Assembly (NCBI GenBank): GCA_965197525.1
Contig: OZ240211.1
Location: 64,001 to 128,000 of the forward strand
Reading direction: 5' to 3'
From: Nitrosopumilus sp.
Lineage (GTDB): Archaea > Thermoproteota > Nitrososphaeria > Nitrososphaerales > Nitrosopumilaceae
DNA length: 64,000 nucleotides
Under the pieces are notes generated by a model. That model was not told the DNA's origin and did not search any database. It saw only the letters and a program-made list of their open reading frames with translations. Positions within the stretch are counted from its first letter, which is position 1; every line of letters begins with the position of its first letter. Positions 1 to 11,873 of this stretch are shown piece after piece. The position numbers and the translations under genes were made by a program.

Positions 1-3000
1 CACCATCACGATAATTGACAGTGAAAGCAACGCGCCAGTCGCTGATGCAGGTGATGATGACAATGTAGATGAGGGTACCTCGTACACCCTTGATGGTACA
101 GATTCCACTGACCCCAACGACGACCCGCTGTCATTTGAGTGGACACAGGACTCTGGTCCGACGGTAACCCTGACAGGTGCCAATACTGACTCTCCGTCGT
201 TTGTCGCCCCCGCAGTAGCTGAGAACACCCCGGTGGTCTTCACCCTCAACGTCACAGCTGCAGGAGAGTCTGACACGGACACCGTCACCATTACGATAAT
301 TGACAGTGAAAGCAACGCGCCAGTCGCTGATGCAGGTGATGATGACAATGTAGATGAGGGTACCTCGTACACCCTTGATGGTACAGATTCCACTGACCCC
401 AACGACGACCCGCTGTCATTTGAGTGGACACAGGACTCTGGTCCGACGGTAACCCTGACAGGTGCCAATACTGACTCTCCGTCGTTTGTCGCCCCCGCAG
501 TAGCTGAGAACACCCCGGTGGTCTTCACCCTCAACGTCACAGCTGCAGGAGAGTCTGACACGGACACCGTCACCATTACGATAATTGACAGTGAAAGCAA
601 CGCGCCAGTCGCTGATGCAGGTGATGATGACAATGTAGATGAGGGTACCTCGTACACCCTTGATGGTACAGATTCCACTGACCCCAACGACGACCCGCTG
701 TCATTTGAGTGGACACAGGACTCTGGTCCGACGGTAACCCTGACAGATGCCAATACTGACTCTCCGTCGTTTGTCGCCCCCGCAGTAGCTGAGAACACCC
801 CGGTGGTCTTTACCCTCAACGTCACAGCTGCAGGAGAGTCTGACACGGACACCGTCACCATTACGATAATTGACAGTGAAAGCAACGCGCCAGTCGCTGA
901 TGCAGGTGATGATGACAATGTCAACGAAGGTGTCTCGTACACCCTTGATGGTACAGATTCCACTGACCCCAACGACGACCCGCTGTCATTTGAGTGGACA
1001 CAGGACTCTGGTCCGACGGTAACCCTGACAGGTGCCAATACTGACTCTCCGTCGTTTGTTGCCCCTGCCGTAGCTGAGAACACCCCGGTGGTCTTTACCC
1101 TCAACGTCACAGCTGCAGGAGAGTCTGACACGGACACCGTCACCATTACGATAATTGACAGTGAAAGCAACGCGCCAGTCGCTGATGCAGGTGATGATGA
1201 CAATGTCAACGAAGGTGTCTCGTACACCCTTGATGGTACAGATTCCACTGACCCCAACGACGACCCGCTGTCATTTGAGTGGACACAGGACTCTGGTCCG
1301 ACGGTAACCCTGACAGATGCCAATACTGACTCTCCGTCGTTTGTCGCCCCTGCCGTAGCTGAGAACACCCCGGTGGTCTTTACCCTCAACGTCACAGCTG
1401 CAGGAGAGTCTGACACGGACACCGTCACCATTACGATAATTGACAGTGAAAGCAACGCGCCAGTCGCTGATGCAGGTGATGATGACAATGTAGATGAGGG
1501 TACCTCGTACACCCTTGATGGTACAGATTCCACTGACCCCAACGACGACCCGCTGTCATTTGAGTGGACACAGGACTCTGGTCCGACGGTAACCCTGACA
1601 GATGCCAATACTGACTCTCCGTCGTTTGTTGCCCCTGCCGTAGCTGAGAACACCCCGGTGGTCTTTACCCTCAACGTCACAGCTGCAGGAGAGTCTGACA
1701 CGGACACAGTCACCATCACGATAATTGACAGTGAAAGCAACGCGCCAGTCGCTGATGCAGGTGATGATGACAATGTCAACGAAGGTGTCTCGTACACCCT
1801 TGATGGTACAGATTCCACTGACCCCAACGACGACCCGCTGTCATTTGAGTGGACACAGGACTCTGGTCCGACGGTAACCCTGACAGGTGCCAATACTGAC
1901 TCTCCGTCGTTTGTTGCCCCTGCCGTAGCTGAGAACACCCCGGTGGTCTTCACCCTCAACGTCACAGCTGCAGGAGAGTCTGACACGGACACCGTCACCA
2001 TTACGATAATTGACAGTGAAAGCAACGCGCCAGTCGCTGATGCAGGTGATGATGACAATGTAGATGAGGGTACCTCGTACACCCTTGATGGTACAGATTC
2101 CACTGACCCCAACGACGACCCGCTGTCATTTGAGTGGACACAGGACTCTGGTCCGACGGTAACCCTGACAGGTGCCAATACTGACTCTCCGTCGTTTGTC
2201 GCCCCCGCAGTAGCTGAGAACACCCCGGTGGTCTTCACCCTCAACGTCACAGCTGCAGGAGAGTCTGACACGGACACCGTCACCATTACGATAATTGACA
2301 GTGAAAGCAACGCGCCAGTCGCTGATGCAGGTGATGATGACAATGTCAACGAAGGTGTACCTCGTACACCCTTGATGGTACAGATTCCACTGACCCCAAC
2401 GACGACCCGCTGTCATTTGAGTGGACACAGGACTCTGGTCCGACGGTAACCCTGACAGGTGCCAATACTGACTCTCCGTCGTTTGTCGCCCCCGCAGTAG
2501 CTGAGAACACCCCGGTGGTCTTTACCCTCAACGTCACAGCTGCAGGAGAGTCTGACACGGACACAGTCACCATCACGATAATTGACAGTGAAAGCAACGC
2601 GCCAGTCGCTGATGCAGGTGATGATGACAATGTCAACGAAGGTGTCTCGTACACCCTTGATGGTACAGATTCCACTGACCCCAACGACGACCCGCTGTCA
2701 TTTGAGTGGACACAGGACTCTGGTCCGACGGTAACCCTGACAGGTGCCAATACTGACTCTCCGTCGTTTGTCGCCCCCGCAGTAGCTGAGAACACCCCGG
2801 TGGTCTTTACCCTCAACGTCACAGCTGCAGGAGAGTCTGACACGGACACAGTCACCATCACGATAATTGACAGTGAAAGCAACGCGCCAGTCGCTGATGC
2901 AGGTGATGATGACAATGTAGATGAGGGTACCTCGTACACCCTTGATGGTACAGATTCCACTGACCCCAACGACGACCCGCTGTCATTTGAGTGGACACAG

Positions 3001-6000
3001 GACTCTGGCCCAACGGTAACCCTGACAGGTGCCAATACTGACTCTCCGTCGTTTGTTGCCCCTGCCGTAGCTGAGAACACCCCGGTGGTCTTTACCCTCA
3101 ACGTCACAGCTGCAGGAGAGTCTGACACGGACACAGTCACCATCACGATAATTGACAGTGAAAGCAACGCGCCAGTCGCTGATGCAGGTGATGATGACAA
3201 TGTCAACGAAGGTGTCTCGTACACCCTTGATGGTACAGATTCCACTGACCCCAACGACGACCCGCTGTCATTTGAGTGGACACAGGACTCTGGTCCGACG
3301 GTAACCCTGACAGGTGCCAATACTGACTCTCCGTCGTTTGTTGCCCCTGCCGTAGCTGAGAACACCCCGGTGGTCTTTACCCTCAACGTCACAGCTGCAG
3401 GAGAGTCTGACACGGACACAGTCACCATCACGATAATTGACAGTGAAAGCAACGCGCCAGTCGCTGATGCAGGTGATGATGACAATGTAGATGAGGGTAC
3501 CTCGTACACCCTTGATGGTACAGATTCCACTGACCCCAACGACGACCCGCTGTCATTTGAGTGGACACAGGACTCTGGCCCAACGGTAACCCTGACAGGT
3601 GCCAATACTGACTCTCCGTCGTTTGTTGCCCCTGCCGTAGCTGAGAACACCCCGGTGGTCTTTACCCTCAACGTCACAGCTGCAGGAGAGTCTGACACGG
3701 ACACAGTCACCATCACGATAATTGACAGTGAAAGCAACGCGCCAGTCGCTGATGCAGGTGATGATGACAATGTCAACGAAGGTGTCTCGTACACCCTTGA
3801 TGGTACAGATTCCACTGACCCCAACGACGACCCGCTGTCATTTGAGTGGACACAGGACTCTGGTCCGACGGTAACCCTGACAGATGCCAATACTGACTCT
3901 CCGTCGTTTGTTGCCCCTGCCGTAGCTGAGAACACCCCGGTGGTCTTCACCCTCAACGTCACAGCTGCAGGAGAGTCTGACACGGACACCGTCACCATTA
4001 CGATAATTGACAGTGAAAGCAACGCGCCAGTCGCTGATGCAGGTGATGATGACAATGTAGATGAGGGTACCTCGTACACCCTTGATGGTACAGATTCCAC
4101 TGACCCCAACGACGACCCGCTGTCATTTGAGTGGACACAGGACTCTGGTCCGACGGTAACCCTGACAGGTGCCAATACTGACTCTCCGTCGTTTGTTGCC
4201 CCTGCCGTAGCTGAGAACACCCCGGTGGTCTTTACCCTCAACGTCACAGCTGCAGGAGAGTCTGACACGGACACCGTCACCATTACGATAATTGACAGTG
4301 AAAGCAACGCGCCAGTCGCTGATGCAGGTGATGATGACAATGTAGATGAGGGTACCTCGTACACCCTTGATGGTACAGATTCCACTGACCCCAACGACGA
4401 CCCGCTGTCATTTGAGTGGACACAGGACTCTGGTCCGACGGTAACCCTGACAGGTGCCAATACTGACTCTCCGTCGTTTGTTGCCCCTGCCGTAGCTGAG
4501 AACACCCCGGTGGTCTTTACCCTCAACGTCACAGCTGCAGGAGAGTCTGACACGGACACAGTCACCATCACGATAATTGACAGTGAAAGCAACGCGCCAG
4601 TCGCTGATGCAGGTGATGATGACAATGTAGATGAGGGTACCTCGTACACCCTTGATGGTACAGATTCCACTGACCCCAACGACGACCCGCTGTCATTTGA
4701 GTGGACACAGGACTCTGGTCCGACGGTAACCCTGACAGGTGCCAATACTGACTCTCCGTCGTTTGTCGCCCCCGCAGTAGCTGAGAACACCCCGGTGGTC
4801 TTCACCCTCAACGTCACAGCTGCAGGAGAGTCTGACACGGACACCGTCACCATTACGATAATTGACAGTGAAAGCAACGCGCCAGTCGCTGATGCAGGTG
4901 ATGATGACAATGTAGATGAGGGTACCTCGTACACCCTTGATGGTACAGATTCCACTGACCCCAACGACGACCCGCTGTCATTTGAGTGGACACAGGACTC
5001 TGGTCCGACGGTAACCCTGACAGGTGCCAATACTGACTCTCCGTCGTTTGTCGCCCCCGCAGTAGCTGAGAACACCCCGGTGGTCTTCACCCTCAACGTC
5101 ACAGCTGCAGGAGAGTCTGACACGGACACCGTCACCATTACGATAATTGACAGTGAAAGCAACGCGCCAGTCGCTGATGCAGGTGATGATGACAATGTAG
5201 ATGAGGGTACCTCGTACACCCTTGATGGTACAGATTCCACTGACCCCAACGACGACCCGCTGTCATTTGAGTGGACACAGGACTCTGGTCCGACGGTAAC
5301 CCTGACAGGTGCCAATACTGACTCTCCGTCGTTTGTCGCCCCCGCAGTAGCTGAGAACACCCCGGTGGTCTTCACCCTCAACGTCACAGCTGCAGGAGAG
5401 TCTGACACGGACACCGTCACCATTACGATAATTGACAGTGAAAGCAACGCGCCAGTCGCTGATGCAGGTGATGATGACAATGTCAACGAAGGTGTCTCGT
5501 ACACCCTTGATGGTACAGATTCCACTGACCCCAACGACGACCCGCTGTCATTTGAGTGGACACAGGACTCTGGTCCGACGGTAACCCTGACAGGTGCCAA
5601 TACTGACTCTCCGTCGTTTGTTGCCCCTGCCGTAGCTGAGAACACCCCGGTGGTCTTCACCCTCAACGTCACAGCTGCAGGAGAGTCTGACACGGACACC
5701 GTCACCATTACGATAATTGACAGTGAAAGCAACGCGCCAGTCGCTGATGCAGGTGATGATGACAATGTCAACGAAGGTGTCTCGTACACCCTTGATGGTA
5801 CAGATTCCACTGACCCCAACGACGACCCGCTGTCATTTGAGTGGACACAGGACTCTGGTCCGACGGTAACCCTGACAGATGCCAATACTGACTCTCCGTC
5901 GTTTGTCGCCCCTGCCGTAGCTGAGAACACCCCGGTGGTCTTCACCCTCAACGTCACAGCTGCAGGAGAGTCTGACACGGACACCGTCACCATTACGATA

Positions 6001-7995
6001 ATTGACAGTGAAAGCAACGCGCCAGTCGCTGATGCAGGTGATGATGACAATGTAGATGAGGGTACCTCGTACACCCTTGATGGTACAGATTCCACTGACC
6101 CCAACGACGACCCGCTGTCATTTGAGTGGACACAGGACTCTGGTCCGACGGTAACCCTGACAGATGCCAATACTGACTCTCCGTCGTTTGTTGCCCCTGC
6201 CGTAGCTGAGAACACCCCGGTGGTCTTCACCCTCAACGTCACAGCTGCAGGAGAGTCTGACACGGACACAGTCACCATTACGATAATTGACAGTGAAAGC
6301 AACGCGCCAGTCGCTGATGCAGGTGATGATGACAATGTCAACGAAGGTGTCTCGTACACCCTTGATGGTACAGATTCCACTGACCCCAACGACGACCCGC
6401 TGTCATTTGAGTGGACACAGGACTCTGGTCCGACGGTAACCCTGACAGGTGCCAATACTGACTCTCCGTCGTTTGTTGCCCCTGCCGTAGCTGAGAACAC
6501 CCCGGTGGTCTTCACCCTCAACGTCACAGCTGCAGGAGAGTCTGACACGGACACCGTCACCATTACGATAATTGACAGTGAAAGCAACGCGCCAGTCGCT
6601 GATGCAGGTGATGATGACAATGTCAACGAAGGTGTCTCGTACACCCTTGATGGTACAGATTCCACTGACCCCAACGACGACCCGCTGTCATTTGAGTGGA
6701 CACAGGACTCTGGTCCGACGGTAACCCTGACAGGTGCCAATACTGACTCTCCGTCGTTTGTCGCCCCCGCAGTAGCTGAGAACACCCCGGTGGTCTTCAC
6801 CCTCAACGTCACAGCTGCAGGAGAGTCTGACACGGACACCGTCACCATTACGATAATTGACAGTGAAAGCAACGCGCCAGTCGCTGATGCAGGTGATGAT
6901 GACAATGTCAACGAAGGTGTCTCGTACACCCTTGATGGTACAGATTCCACTGACCCCAACGACGACCCGCTGTCATTTGAGTGGACACAGGACTCTGGTC
7001 CGACGGTAACCCTGACAGGTGCCAATACTGACTCTCCGTCGTTTGTCGCCCCCGCAGTAGCTGAGAACACCCCGGTGGTCTTCACCCTCAACGTCACAGC
7101 TGCAGGAGAGTCTGACACGGACACCGTCACCATTACGATAATTGACAGTGAAAGCAACGCGCCAGTCGCTGATGCAGGTGATGATGACAATGTCAACGAA
7201 GGTGTCTCGTACACCCTTGATGGTACAGATTCCACTGACCCCAACGACGACCCGCTGTCATTTGAGTGGACACAGGACTCTGGTCCGACGGTAACCCTGA
7301 CAGGTGCCAATACTGACTCTCCGTCGTTTGTCGCCCCCGCAGTAGCTGAGAACACCCCGGTGGTCTTCACCCTCAACGTCACAGCTGCAGGAGAGTCTGA
7401 CACGGACACCGTCACCATTACGATAATTGACAGTGAAAGCAACGCGCCAGTCGCTGATGCAGGTGATGATGACAATGTAGATGAGGGTACCTCGTACACC
7501 CTTGATGGTACAGATTCCACTGACCCCAACGACGACCCGCTGTCATTTGAGTGGACACAGGACTCTGGTCCGACGGTAACCTTGACAGACATCAATGCGG
7601 TCTCTCCGTCGTTTGTTGCCCCTGCCGTAGCTGAGAACACCCCGGTGGTCTTCACCCTCAACGTCACAGCTGCAGGAGAGTCTGACACGGACACCGTCAC
7701 CATTACGATAATTGACAGTGAAAGCAACGCGCCAGTCGCTGATGCAGGTGATGATGACAATGTAGATGAGGGTACCTCGTACACCCTTGATGGTACAGAT
7801 TCCACTGACCCCAACGACGACCCGCTGTCATTTGAGTGGACACAGGACTCTGGCCCAACGGTAACCCTGACAGGTGCCAATACTGACTCTCCGTCGTTTG
7901 TTGCCCCTGCCGTAGCTGAGAACACCCCGGTGGTCTTCACCCTCAACGTCACAGCTGCAGGAGAGTCTGACACGGACACCGTCACCATTACGATA
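1..7995 (+). repeat. Tandem array of 28 x 285-bp (95 aa) units
   Basis: The CACCAT(C/T)ACGATA anchor recurs at 1, 286 ... 2281, 2568 (+2) ... 7983: 8 + 1 + 19 units. Units differ at only a few dimorphic sites. Confidence 0.97.
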
Positions 7996-8814
7996 CGTAA
8001 CACTAATAATTCTCCAGTCCCGACATTTCTAACTCCAGTACTTGATGTAGATGGTGATAAACCTAGTGGCAAACCTGGTGATAAACCTAGTGGCAAACCT
8101 GGTGGTAAACCTAGTGGCAGACCCGGCGGCGGCATCTATGTGCCAGAACCCATACCAGAACCAGAACCCAAGCTCACACCAGAACCAGAACCCATACCAG
8201 AACCAGAACCCAAGCTCACACCAGAACCAGAACCCATACCAGAACCAGAACCCAAGCTCACACCAGAACCAGAACCAGAACCAGAACCCAAGCTCACACC
8301 AGAACCAGAACCAGAACCCATACCAGAACCAGAACCAGAACCAGAACCCAAGCTCACACCAGAACCAGAACCAGAACCAGAACCTATCCAAAATCTGCAT
8401 GAAGAAAACTGCTTTGTTGCAGTAGCATATCACCCCGAGACAGAGCATACCATTCAGTTTCTAAGAGAGGTCAGAGACAACTCTGTGACATGCACAACAG
8501 TCGGCGCGTCATTTATGGACGGCTTTAACAAAGTATATTATTCGTTCTCACCTGCAATTGCCGATCTAATACGCGAGAATCCTGTATTCAAGGAGATGGT
8601 CAAAATCTTTCTGACTCCGATGATCCTGACACTGCATCTTATGGTGCTGGCCGATGAGTGCTCTGAACTGCATGTGCTGGGCCTTGGAATACTCGTCCTG
8701 CTGCTAAACGGCCTTGTCTATCTGCTCATACCGTTACTGGCACTGTTTGCAGTATATAGAATACATGCAAAGAGGAAAAAATTACGCGCCAGCTATTCTC
8801 AAAACAGCATGTAG
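1..8814 (+). CDS. Giant repetitive cell-surface protein (PKD/Ig-like repeats + Pro/Glu stalk + CFI-box-CTERM-like membrane anchor); 5' end outside window; +2 frameshift at 2359-2360
   Basis: Frame open from base 2 into ORF 233..2449, then ORF 2515..8814. Repeat [43 protein letters not shown]....T.SPSFVAP...VFTLNV...[10 protein letters not shown] matches the K319L-like/PKD consensus. C-terminus CFVAVAY...QFLREVRD...[27 protein letters not shown], then a hydrophobic helix and basic tail. Confidence 0.9.
8053..8124 (+). repeat. 3 x 24-bp repeat encoding G(D/G)KPSG(K/R)P
   Basis: GGTGATAAACCTAGTGGCAAACCT twice plus one degenerate copy. Confidence 0.9.
8143..8385 (+). repeat. Pro/Glu-rich stalk minisatellite ([12 protein letters not shown] units with variable CCAGAA number)
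   Basis: 36-bp units with internal expansion of the CCAGAA hexamer. Confidence 0.9.
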
Positions 8815-9629
8815 CGAGCATTAGAACTACGGCAGTGAATCAACCAAGTACCGTATCATCTGACAGTTCACAGAACTTGTATCCGTGGATGGGTACGGCA
8901 TGCGGTAAAGGTTAGTTTTGGCTACTCTGTTCTATGTCTTGAGGCCGCATAAATTGTACCGATCAGCTGATCTCAAACTCTTGACTTGTACATACTGAAT
9001 CCGTGTATTACCATTCAATAAACTTGTATCTTGTGATATCTGGACTAAAGCGCGTCATTTTGTAAAACTCCATTACTGCTACCTTTATCTTGCCAAGTGG
9101 GAAATAGGCAAACTGCCTGCGCGCTCTTACTGCTACCATATCTCTGGCAGCGTTGAGATACGGCGATGCTGTGTAAAAGAAATCGGATCCGCCCCCTGCC
9201 GGCGTTCTTTTTTTAGAGACTCCATTACGTCTTTGGATCTGGCATGCTATGACTTGTTATACTGCATGTATTCCCAAATCTGTACGTGGACCTGGCGTGG
9301 ACGCAAACTATACCGGATCACACTCTTCAAATCATCAGAACATCCGTTGTCTGTCCTTTGCAAGCATCCGCCTACTGCCTGTTCTCTACATGATCAGCTG
9401 TAATACACGCAGGCAGGCCCGGTTGCAACCTGAACATTGTCTTGCACCATTCAACATTGCCGGCCTGTCAAAACACCGTATGACTCCGCACGCTACTCTG
9501 GATGCGCAAACACCCATTTTCCTGCCAAGCAAACCTGTGTACATTTCCCAGAAACTCTGTTGCTTTACCATGTCTCCTAATCGCCGTATTTATCGTCCCT
9601 GCCACCTTTTGTGTTCCTGTCACATCCCT

Positions 9630-10160
9630 TGATCATCGTGCCAGGCACAAGATCCGTACTCTGATCTCTTCATTGCTTTTAAATCAAGAATTCGGACTTA
9701 CATCCGTAGAACTGCACGACAAACTAGAAGAGATGTCTGGAAAAAACATTGGCATGTAGCAGATAAGGCGATATGCCAGACAGTGGGGATACTTTAGAAA
9801 AAAAAAAGGAAGACACAGTCAGTCATGGTTAGTAGAACACCAATAGAAGAAGTAAACAAATGGAGAGCCTGCCTGTATCAAAAGATTGCAAGATACACAA
9901 AGATGGTATATGCAATTGTAACACAGGATGAATTATACTTATTCAAGTACGACGCTGGAACGTCTGCAAAATATTGGGCAAAACTGTGCCTACACATATT
10001 CATGTTATGGAGTGGAGGATTTCATAGATTCTCAATATATGCAGCATGATACAAGACGGTAGACAGTTTTTTAATAACTGTCAGACTGTCAATACCACTT
10101 ACTTCCTTTCTAGAACATATGGACAAGGTGTACATGGAGGTTGATTATAAAATCTATTTA
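9630..10160 (+). pseudogene. Degraded IS630-family transposase
   Basis: Pieced across frames: HTH-like LTSVELHDKLEEMSGKNIGM*QIRRYARQWGYFRKKK, then IVTQDELY (first catalytic D context), KYWAK...RFSIYAA, then MIQDGRQFF...NTTYF in another frame. Stop at 9757-9759 and several frameshifts. No ends identified. Confidence 0.55.
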
Positions 10161-10203
10161 GCCATTACCACACTACAAACCAGTCAAGTACTTGAAATAC
10201 TAT

Positions 10204-10842
10204 CTAGTCGGCCTCTAACATCTTCCTTATCTTTCTTTGAATTATTGGTTTTTCGTTCTGTCTTGATAAAAACTCTAGATCCTCTACATTGTCAACATCC
10301 CACATTATTCTTTTGACAAAAACCATGGCTACATTACGCGTATATTTTTTTGCCGTATTCATATGAATCTTGTAGCTGTCTTCATCATAATGTGTCTGCA
10401 TCAAGTCAACTGGCATTCTAATTAACGCGTTTGTTCCATCAAATCTTCTAGACGGCACAATAATTGCAAAATTTGGCGGTATCTTGTAATTTAGCATAAA
10501 ATCAATATCCTGCGTCTTGATGAATGGAATATCCTGGGGTAGTACAATTGATGCGTCAAAATTATTCTCAAGTAGATACTTGTCAGCTAACTCTATTGCA
10601 TGATTTACGCTTTGTTCTTTCTCGTCCATGATTATTGTAGCATTATATCTTTCCCCTAACTCTATTGCCTTTTGTTCCTGTGTCACCAAAACTGTTTCAT
10701 CAATATGAGGCGATACGCGCAATACCTGAACAATCTCCTCTAACATAACTAGACACAACTCTTCAATTTTCTGTTGTGGTAATTTCAAACGCGTCTTTGC
10801 ATTAGAGAACGTCTTTACAGGAATTATGGCAGCTATCTTCAA
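10204..10842 (-). CDS. cofC: 2-phospho-L-lactate guanylyltransferase (F420 biosynthesis)
   Basis: AIIPVKTFSNAKTRL N-terminus, PSRRFDGTNAL, DVDNVEDL; adjacent to cofD. Confidence 0.92.
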   Translation of the reverse strand: MKIAAIIPVKTFSNAKTRLKLPQQKIEELCLVMLEEIVQVLRVSPHIDETVLVTQEQKAIELGERYNATIIMDEKEQSVNHAIELADKYLLENNFDASIVLPQDIPFIKTQDIDFMLNYKIPPNFAIIVPSRRFDGTNALIRMPVDLMQTHYDEDSYKIHMNTAKKYTRNVAMVFVKRIMWDVDNVEDLEFLSRQNEKPIIQRKIRKMLEAD

Positions 10843-10846
10843 TTTG

Positions 10847-11770
10847 TTATACGTGGATTTGTTTTAAAATAAAATTTGCCAATGCTTCTTCGGCCAATTT
10901 ATTTTTCATAGTTATTTTTGTTTCATAGACTTTCATATCTAAACTCTGAATCTTTTTTGCCAGTGCTTTATCTTTTGTATCAATTATCATGTGCGAACAC
11001 ACATCTGAATACATTTTTGCTAACCCGTACGCATTTGATTCTATTCCTGCCGCTTGCATATATTTTGCTGCTGGCCCACTTAGTGCATCCTCTCCAATCA
11101 ATGGACTCACTGCAACTACTTTTTTCTTCATCTTTGTTAATTCTTTTCTGATTCCTTTGATCTGTAACATTGGTCCTATTGACGTTAATGGATTTCCTGG
11201 TGACAAAATTACCATCTCTGCGTCATGAATTGCGTTTACTGCATCAGGGTTTGGACGTGCTTTATCTGCCCCAATATACTGAATTCCTTCAACCGGATCT
11301 CGTCCACGATACTTTACCCAGTATTCTTGTAGGTGTAGTTCTCCTTTGTTTGTTGTAATTCTAGTCTCAACGCTGTTGTCAGTTGCAGGTATTATTCGCG
11401 CACTGACTGCAAATTTTTTGCACATCCAATCAGTGATGGCGCTAAGATTTTCACCATTTTTTAATTTGTTTGTTCTAATCAGATGAGTTGCAGCATCTCT
11501 GTCTCCGATTCTAAACCACGTACTCTCTCCGAAGACCTCCATCTGGCGCATAAAGTTAAACGTGTCTTTCTTCACTCCCCATCCTTTCTCTTGATCAAGC
11601 AAATCTGCTAGTCCGTACACTATCGTATCAATATCAGGACATACATACAGTCCATAAATCCAATAATTGTCACCGACATTGCTAATTACGTTAACTTTGG
11701 ATTCTTGTGCAACCAGTCCTCTTACCAGTTTTACTGAACCTGTTCCACCTGCTAAAACTGTAATCATCAC
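10847..11770 (-). CDS. cofD: 2-phospho-L-lactate transferase (F420 biosynthesis)
   Basis: LAGGTGSVKL, NVGDN, CPDIDT, FRIGDRD, LHLQEYWV, PGNPLTSIGP. Confidence 0.95.
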   Translation of the reverse strand: MMITVLAGGTGSVKLVRGLVAQESKVNVISNVGDNYWIYGLYVCPDIDTIVYGLADLLDQEKGWGVKKDTFNFMRQMEVFGESTWFRIGDRDAATHLIRTNKLKNGENLSAITDWMCKKFAVSARIIPATDNSVETRITTNKGELHLQEYWVKYRGRDPVEGIQYIGADKARPNPDAVNAIHDAEMVILSPGNPLTSIGPMLQIKGIRKELTKMKKKVVAVSPLIGEDALSGPAAKYMQAAGIESNAYGLAKMYSDVCSHMIIDTKDKALAKKIQSLDMKVYETKITMKNKLAEEALANFILKQIHV

Positions 11771-11873
11771 ATAACTCCTAACTAATGTTATTAGATTCTA
11801 TACTTTATATTACTTTTTTCAGAATTAAATATTTTTGGATAGATTTATTAACTGAAATTTATATTTTTGACTT

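Noticed and set aside
1-7995. Array as CRISPR or as a diversity-generating retroelement target
   Set aside because: No unique spacers, variation is not adenine-specific, and there is no reverse transcriptase in the window.
2346-8135. 1929-aa ORF antisense to the repeat array
   Set aside because: Shadow frame: one stop-free 285-bp unit repeated makes a long ORF automatically. The plus strand has the recognisable fold and anchor.
8029-8448. FW-, QN- and GS-repeat ORFs
   Set aside because: Alternative frames of the CCAGAA minisatellite.
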